Positions 57,401 through 64,000 of a stretch of DNA of 64,000 bases are shown piece by piece. Source of the stretch: Antechinus flavipes (taxonomy: Eukaryota); assembly GCF_016432865.1 (NCBI RefSeq), contig NC_067398.1, positions 337,094,001-337,158,000 on the forward strand, written 5' to 3'. How positions within the stretch are numbered: the stretch's first letter is position 1; each line of letters begins with the position of its first letter. The translations under genes were made by a program, and so were the position numbers. The notes under the pieces were generated by a model. The model was given only the letters and a program-made list of their open reading frames with translations, was not told the origin of the DNA and made no database searches.

Positions 57401-60400
57401 CCCAGCTATTATCCCCTCTAAGAGTTTTCCTGACACTGCTCTCTCAGTGCTCCTCTATGTATGTCCATACTAGCCTCCTAAACTGAATCTTCATCCATAC
57501 AATACTCATTAATTGTGGGTGCCTCCAAGGCTCTGTCTTGGGTCTTCTCTTTTCTCTCTATACCAAAGCTTCTTTTTTTTTTTTTTAATTTTATTTTATT
57601 TAATAATAACTTTGTATTGACAGAATCCATGCCAGGATAATTTTTACACAGCATTATCCCTTGCAATCACTTATGTTTCGTTTTTCCCTCCCCCTCCTCC
57701 TCCCCCCCCCCCCCCCCCCCGGATGGCAAGCAGTCCTATATATGTTAAATATGTTGCAGTATATCCTAGATACAATACATATTTGCAGAACCGAACAGTT
57801 CTCTTGTTGCACAGGGAGAATTGGATTCAGAAGGTAAAAATAACTCGGGAAGAAAATCAAAAATGCAAATAGTTCACATTCATTTCCCAGTATTCCTTCT
57901 TTGGGTGTAGCTGTTTCTGTCCATCATTTCTCCAATGAAACTCAGTTAAGTCTCTTTGTCAGAGAAATCCACTTCCATCAGAATACATCCTCATACAATA
58001 TCGTTGTCGAAGTGTATAATGATCTCCTGGTTCTGCTCATCTCACTTAGCATCAGTCCATGTAGGTCTCTCCAAGCCTCTCTGTATTCATCCTGCTGGTC
58101 ATTCCTTACAGAGCAATAATATTCCATAACATTCATATACCACAATTTACCCAGCCATTCTCCAATTGATGGGCATCCATTCATTTTCCAGTTTCTAGCC
58201 ACTACAAACAGGGCTGCTACAAACATTTTGGCACATACAGGTCCCCTTCCCTTTTTTAGTATCTCTTTGGGACATAAGCCCAGTAGTAACACTGCTGGAT
58301 CAAAGGGTATGCACAGTTTGATAACTTTTTGGGCATAATTCCAGATCGCTCTCCAGAATGGCTGGATTCGTTCACAACTCCACCAACAATGCATCAGTGT
58401 CCCCGTTTTCCCGCATCCCCTCCAACATTCATCATTATTTTTTCCTGTCATCTTAGCCAATCTGACAGGTGTGTAGTGATATCTCAGAGTTGTCTTAATT
58501 TGCATTTCTCTGATCAATTATACCAAAGCTTCTTAAATCCGTGGTTCATGACCCCATATGGAGTCATGTGACTGAATGTAGGTATCATCGAAATCATGAT
58601 TATCAACAAATGTTTGATTTATATACCTACATATCTGGGACCAGGTAAAAATTTATTAAACAAAAAGAGGTTGTGAATGGAAAAAGTTTAAGAAGCCCTA
58701 CTCTATACTACCTCACTCAGAAATCTCATCAGCTTCCACAGCTCCAAATTGTCACCCTACTGATCAGCATATTTAGCCCTATTCTCTTTCCTGAGCTCCA
58801 GTCCCAACTGACTTCACTCAGCATTTTGAAATGGATGTCCTATGAGCACCTCAAATTCAACTAAACAAAACAAACCCACCAAATCCACTTCTCAATTTCT
58901 GTTACTGTGTACCATCAACCTGTCACCTAGATTTGCAACCTCAATGTCATTTTTGTCTCATCATTCTTGCTCATCTCACATATTTACTCAGTTCCTAAAT
59001 CTTGTCATTTCTATTTTGACAAGAAAAATAACATTAGTGACTATATTTTGCTTTTATCCAACATTTTGTGAAATAAATTTCAGCTGCTTGGAAATCACCT
59101 ATTTTTGGGTAAGATAACAAAGTCACTGATTTTAGGAATGCCAAAAATCTAATCTTCTCTCCCCCCCTCCCCCCATGACTCCTAAACCCTTCTGCCAAAA
59201 AACCTGATATCTCAATCACTATAACCCTTTTTCCTCCTTTTTTCCTCCAAACTGTATGTTGACTTTGTAAAAATCAAGGTTCTGGGTCCTTGGCCACCTA
59301 GTCTTGCTAAATAAATCACTTGTCTGAATAGAACTAGTGAGTTTCTTTTTTTCTTTGTAACACTGCCTTCTCCATAATAACATTTATGTTCCTTTTCTCT
59401 ATTCACACTGCCACCATCCCCGCCCCCCCGCCCCTTCCCACCCATCCACTCTCCACAGACCTGTCAGAAGTTTTCTAAAACTCAAGTTTGACCATGTCAC
59501 TTTCCTACTAAATAAACTTCAATGGCTTCCCACTGCCCACAGAAACAAATATAACAGTCTTTTTGTTTGGTATGTAAAGCTTTTTATGAACTGGACCCCT
59601 TCCTATTGTGGCAGTTGTCAGATTTCCCTCCATGTGCTCTATGATTCCTTAGCATTCCCTCAGCCATCTTAGCAGGGCCTTTGCCCGGCAGACTGTCCCT
59701 GGCTGTCCCTCCTCACCAACACCCCTTTGAATTCCAGGATTCCTCGAGGGCGACTTTCTGCAGGAAGCCTTTCCTGGTGCCCCTTGGTGCCAAAAACCTA
59801 TCATTTACTCTGTATTTACCTTGTATATTTCTGTTCACTTAAGGGTTGTCCACCATTAGAACATAAGCTCCGAAGTGTATTATTTTTTGTCTTGCTTTGA
59901 TGTCCCCAGAGCTTAGCAAATTGCCTGTCCCATGGTAAACAATAAATATTTGGTGATTCATATTTAACCTGTATCAGATTGCTCACTGTGTTGGGATGGA
60001 GAGGAGGAAAGGAGAAAACACAAAGTTCACAAACCTTTCAAAAATGAATGTTGAAAATTGCCTTTGGAAAAATAAACTACATGGCTAGAAGCTGGAAAAT
60101 GAATGGATGCCCATCAATTGGAGAATGGTTGAGTAAATTGTAGTATATGAACGTTATGGAATATTATTGTTCTGTAAGAAATGACCAGCAGGATGAATAC
60201 AGAGAGGCTTGGAGAGACATGAACAGAACCAGAAGATCATTATATACCTCAACAATGATACTGTATGAGGATGTATTCTGATGGAAGTGGATCTCTTCGA
60301 TAAAGAGAGCTAATTCAGTCTCAATTGATCAAGGATGGACAGAAGCAGCTAAACCCAAAGAAAGAACACTGGGAAATAAATATAAACTGCTTGCATTTTT

Positions 60401-62537
60401 GTTTTTCTTCCCGGGTTATTTATACCTTCTGAATCCAACTCTCCCGGTGCAACAAGAAAACTGTTCGGTTCTGCACACATATATTGTATCTAGGATATAT
60501 TGTAACCTATTCAACATGTAAAGGACTGCTTGCCATCTGGGGGAGGGGGTAGAGGGAGGGAGGGGAGAAATCGGAACAGAAGTGAGTGCAAGGGATAATG
60601 CTGTAAAAAATTACCCTGGCATGTGTTCTATCAATAAAAAGTTATTTAAAAAAAAGAAAAGAAAAATAAACTACAACTGAGAAAATAAATAACTGGAGAT
60701 GAGTAGAATACTGCTTAAGGTTTTCGCATTGCCTAGGAGCTGCCTCAGTACTACATGCTCAAGAAGATTGAGCATGTGCACGGCCCCTCTGCCCCATTCC
60801 TTTCTGAGGGTAGACAGCTCCTGGGCTCCCCCACCATCAGCCAGGGCCTGGGGCCAACCATTACCCCTAGCCTTGGAACTCACCTGATTTCGGCTCAGCT
60901 CCTTGGCAACCTTGGCATTGTGATCACAGAGCTCAGCCAAGGACCTGCCAGCCAGAGCGTAGCGGCGAGCCGTGTCCACAAACCAGCCCATGCTGCTGCT
61001 GTCTGGCTCTGTTTCAAAGACACTCAGGGCACTGGATGACACTGACTCAAACTGCTCTGTGGGGTCCAGCTTGCGCTTGAAGAAGATGGGGTGGCGCCGG
61101 TCCCCCGGGTAAGGCTTGCGGTTTGAGTCCACTGTCACCAAGCTCTCTTTGGCTGCGAATGCCAGGTCCCCAAAGAGCCCATAGCACAGGCCTTCGGGGT
61201 TGGCCCGCTCAATGGGCTGGCTGGCATCTTTGAAAATGTGCTGGTAGAGGGTGCTGTCCTTGGAGCCAGACAACAGGAAGTAGGGATCGTGAAGGTGGCG
61301 CCAGACGATGCCGGTCGTGACGTCTCGATGCTCTTCAAACATGGCCGAGGGAATATAGGGCCGCCGCACATCCCACACATAGATGTTGTGGTCCACCATC
61401 ATGGAGCACGTGGCCAGGTGGTGTTTGCACTCTGGCCTCCACTTGACCCGGGCCACTGAGGCGATGCTCTGCACGCAGTAGATTTCTTTGGCCCTGTTCG
61501 TGTTCATGTCCCACACTTTGACCATCTTGTCCCGTCCCCCGGTGGCCAACCAGCCCCTGTGGAGTGAAGTTGGTGTGGGAATGGGGGCTTCCCACGCCCT
61601 AGTGTGCATTGTCCTACAGATAGCGTCTCAGAGACCCAAGAATGAGGCCTCTGGGTGGGGGAGGGAAGGTCAGGAAGGCGGATCCACCAGAAGGGGCACT
61701 TTGGTTACAACCTGGCCCCAGAGGAGGGTTTTCCAACTCTTCAGAGCCAGCTCCCAACATGTCCCTATGGTGGGGAAGCTCTCGCTCACTTTCTTTCCAG
61801 ATTTCATCCCTTAACAAAGGCTACACAACTGGTGGTTTGAGGGACCTTGGTGGCATGGTAGGAATAACACCAAACCAGGGGTCAGCTACTTGTCCACTCC
61901 CAGGGCCACAACTTAAAAGGCTGCAACTTCATGCAAGAAATTCTTCTCTATGCCTTAATACCTCTGCTAATAAAATGGGGATAAAACCCCAACTCTCAGT
62001 TATAGTGCCAGCTCAAATGAGAGAAAAGAAAGTGAAAATGCTTTATAAAGCTCTTGGTAAATGAGGAGTCGCACAATGTAGAAGGGAAAATGATGGCTTT
62101 AAATCAAGAGTTCCATATGCTACTATACCACATAAAGTGGCATGTTGGACAAATCCCTTCTCTTCTCCTGGTTGGTTTCTGTTTCGCAAAACAGAAGGGC
62201 TGGACCATAAAGCCTCTCAAGTCCCTTCCAACATTCAATATTATGATCTCATTCTCTTAAGGATTTGGTTGTTCTCCTCTCTGACTTCAAGAACTGCCAC
62301 CACACTCCCCTCCCTCCCCTCCCCCCCGCCGACACCCTTATCTGCTCTTTACTCCATACCTATCTTCAGGGTGCCAATCACAGCAGAAGACAGGGCCATT
62401 GTGAGCAGTGAACATTCTTTCATATCGGTCTGGCCTCCGAATGTCCCAGAGCTGCACATTGCCATTCTCAAAGGTGGCAGCAAAGGTAAAGTAGTCACGG
62501 ATACTGAACTGGACATCACGTACACTCTCTGACTGAC
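54415..62537 (-). CDS. WDR24: GATOR2 subunit WDR24, coding exons 2-9 (exon 1 lies beyond the window end)
   Basis: Exons (minus) 62360-62537, 60884-61556, 56846-56961, 56611-56732, 56379-56483, 55953-56290, 54726-54910, 54415-54583. Motifs [34 protein letters not shown] and a C-terminal Cys/His-rich region [26 protein letters not shown]. Confidence 0.96.
57575..58518 (-). mobile_element. Young 5'-truncated L1 with an open ORF2 C-terminus
   Basis: Perfect 16-bp TSD TATACCAAAGCTTCTT at 57559-57574 and 58519-58534. ORF 57978-58517 contains the Cys-rich [18 protein letters not shown] motif. Confidence 0.95.
58524..58700. mobile_element. hAT (Charlie-like) MITE interrupted by the L1 at its left TIR
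   Basis: TIR CAAAGCTTCTTAAA and reverse complement TAGGGCTTCTTAAA (11/14). 8-bp TSD CTCTATAC at 57556-57563 and 58701-58708. Confidence 0.75.
60082..60660 (+). mobile_element. 5'-truncated L1 in WDR24 intron 3
   Basis: ORF2 end, 3'UTR and A-tail. 15-bp TSD GAAAAATAAACTACA at 60067-60081 and 60661-60675. Confidence 0.92.
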
Positions 62538-63099
62538 CTGAGAGGAGGCAAAAAGGGGAGAAAGAGGCAGCACTAGTAAAACCAGCTTAACCACTAATCT
62601 GACCCAAACAATCCCTCAACATTACTATCCAGTGCCATTTTTTCTTTCCCACGCCCTTCCTTACTTTACTTCCTAATTCTCAAAACATAAAGAATATAGT
62701 TTTTCATTCAGTCTCAAGGGCAGAAGATGGAAAAGGCAGTGTGAAAAGGTCAGAAATTAAATAAATTTTAAAAAAAAATTTTTTAAAAAGAGTCTTTTAA
62801 AATTGTCTTGGATCATTGTATTGTTGAGAATAAATAATTCGTTCATTAAAAAAAAAAAAAGAAAGAAAGAAAAAAAAGGAGGTCACGTCAGATTTGTGCT
62901 GAGTCTTCTTTAGGTCCACAGAGCAAATTTGAATGAGAAAGAGAAGATGGGGACATTCTACCCAAAACTGGGATACATTTGGTGGTCCCATGGGAAGCTG
63001 GCCTTAGACTAAACCAAAGCTCCAGGGGTGTGACCTTCCTGGGCAGCTTCACTTCCAGCATTCATCACTTCATTAAATGCTATGAGGTCAGAGGCAAAG

Positions 63100-63800
63100 A
63101 GGTCATAAGACTGATACAAACCAAAGACTCTCTCAAAAGGCCCCTTCTAAATTTAAACTATCAAGAGTCATATATTAAAAAAAAAAAGTTCCAAATCACT
63201 CATTATGAAATGCAAAATAAAATAACTCTGAAATTCTACATCAGATAGAAAAGGGAATAGAAAAGGACAAATAACAAATGTGGAGTAGCTGCACAAAAAC
63301 AGGAACATTAATGCATTATTGGTAGAGTTGTGAATTAATCCAGGCATTCTAAAGAGCAATTTGGAACTACGCCCAAGAAGTCACTAAATTCCATATACTC
63401 TTTTATCCAGAGATACAACTATTAAGATCAAACCTCAGAGAGACCAAAGAAAATCTAAATGTACAAAATATTTGTAGTACTTTCTTATGCAATGGCAAGG
63501 AACTACACAGTACAAAGGGTAACTGTCAATTAGGAGAATGGCTAAACAAATTATAGTAAATGGATATAAAGGAATATTACTCTGCCATACAAAATGATGA
63601 AAAGGATGATTTCAAAGAAACCTAGTAAAAGCTGTACGAACGAATGCAGAGTGAAGTGAGAAGAACCAGGAAAAGTGTATATACTAAGAAAATTGTGAAA
63701 AGAACTTTGAAGGATTTAAGAACTCTGTTCAATGTCATGACCAACCATAATTTCAGAGAAATAATGATGAAGCTTTTATTCCAACTAAAAACTCAAAACA
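63100..63800 (+). mobile_element. Old degraded L1 ORF2 3' fragment
   Basis: GAAATGCAAAATAAAATAACTCTGAAATTCTAC...TGGTAGAGTTGTGAATT...GGAGAATGGCTAAACAAATTAT resembles the L1 ORF2 C-terminal region, with disablements. Confidence 0.7.
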
Positions 63801-64000
63801 TGATTCCAGAGCTAGTGGCTATTCCAATAACTCCCAAACACCCACAGATCCCTTTTGAAGGATTTAAAGCATGACCCACTTATGATGTCCATGTGCTTTC
63901 TGAAACAGAAGGAAAGGAGCAGGGTTCTGATTCCATCTTACAGAAGAACAGAAATGGGGGCTAGTGGAGAGAAGCAGCAAAGAGATTCCAAACATATGTT

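Larger units (their letters stand above)
57480..59960 (+). mobile_element. Old L2 remnant hosting the MITE and L1 insertions
   Basis: L2-like CCAAGGCTCTGTCTTGGG...CTCTATAC continues after 58708 (TACCTCACTCAGAAATCTCATC...GGATGTCC...CTCAAATTCAAC). L2-like 3' end near 59900-59950. Discontinuous, with approximate boundaries. Confidence 0.6.

Noticed and set aside
57702-57720. C19 homopolymer as a special element
   Set aside because: It is the expanded G-tract of the L1 3'UTR, and homopolymer length is unreliable in assemblies.
57978-58517. 179-aa ORF as a host gene
   Set aside because: It is the L1 ORF2 C-terminus inside a TSD-flanked truncated L1.

Overview
Gene-dense marsupial locus. The SINE and L1 sequences resemble those of Australian, probably dasyurid, marsupials, and the gene order matches human 16p13.3 as I recall it. 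Order: WDR90 3' end (+), RHOT2/Miro2 (+, complete, 19 exons, 618 aa), RHBDL1 (+, 8 exons, 373 aa), an unnamed intact 5-exon gene (-, 236 aa) resembling Drosophila Amun / zebrafish zgc:112496 (helix-hairpin-helix DNA-glycosylase-like fold), STUB1/CHIP (+, 7 exons, 313 aa), JMJD8 (-, 9 exons, 269 aa) and WDR24 exons 2-9 (-). I read all exon boundaries by hand and checked them for splice dinucleotides and phase continuity. The main finding is the Amun-like gene. It sits head-to-head with STUB1 on a shared CpG-island promoter, where as I recall human has only a divergent non-coding transcript. Introns carry many L1 3' ends with target-site duplications (TSDs), CORE-SINEs, L2 remnants, two hAT MITEs, a candidate retrocopied 3'UTR and a 39/40-bp inverted repeat. 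Homology calls come from recalled protein sequences, not from database searches.
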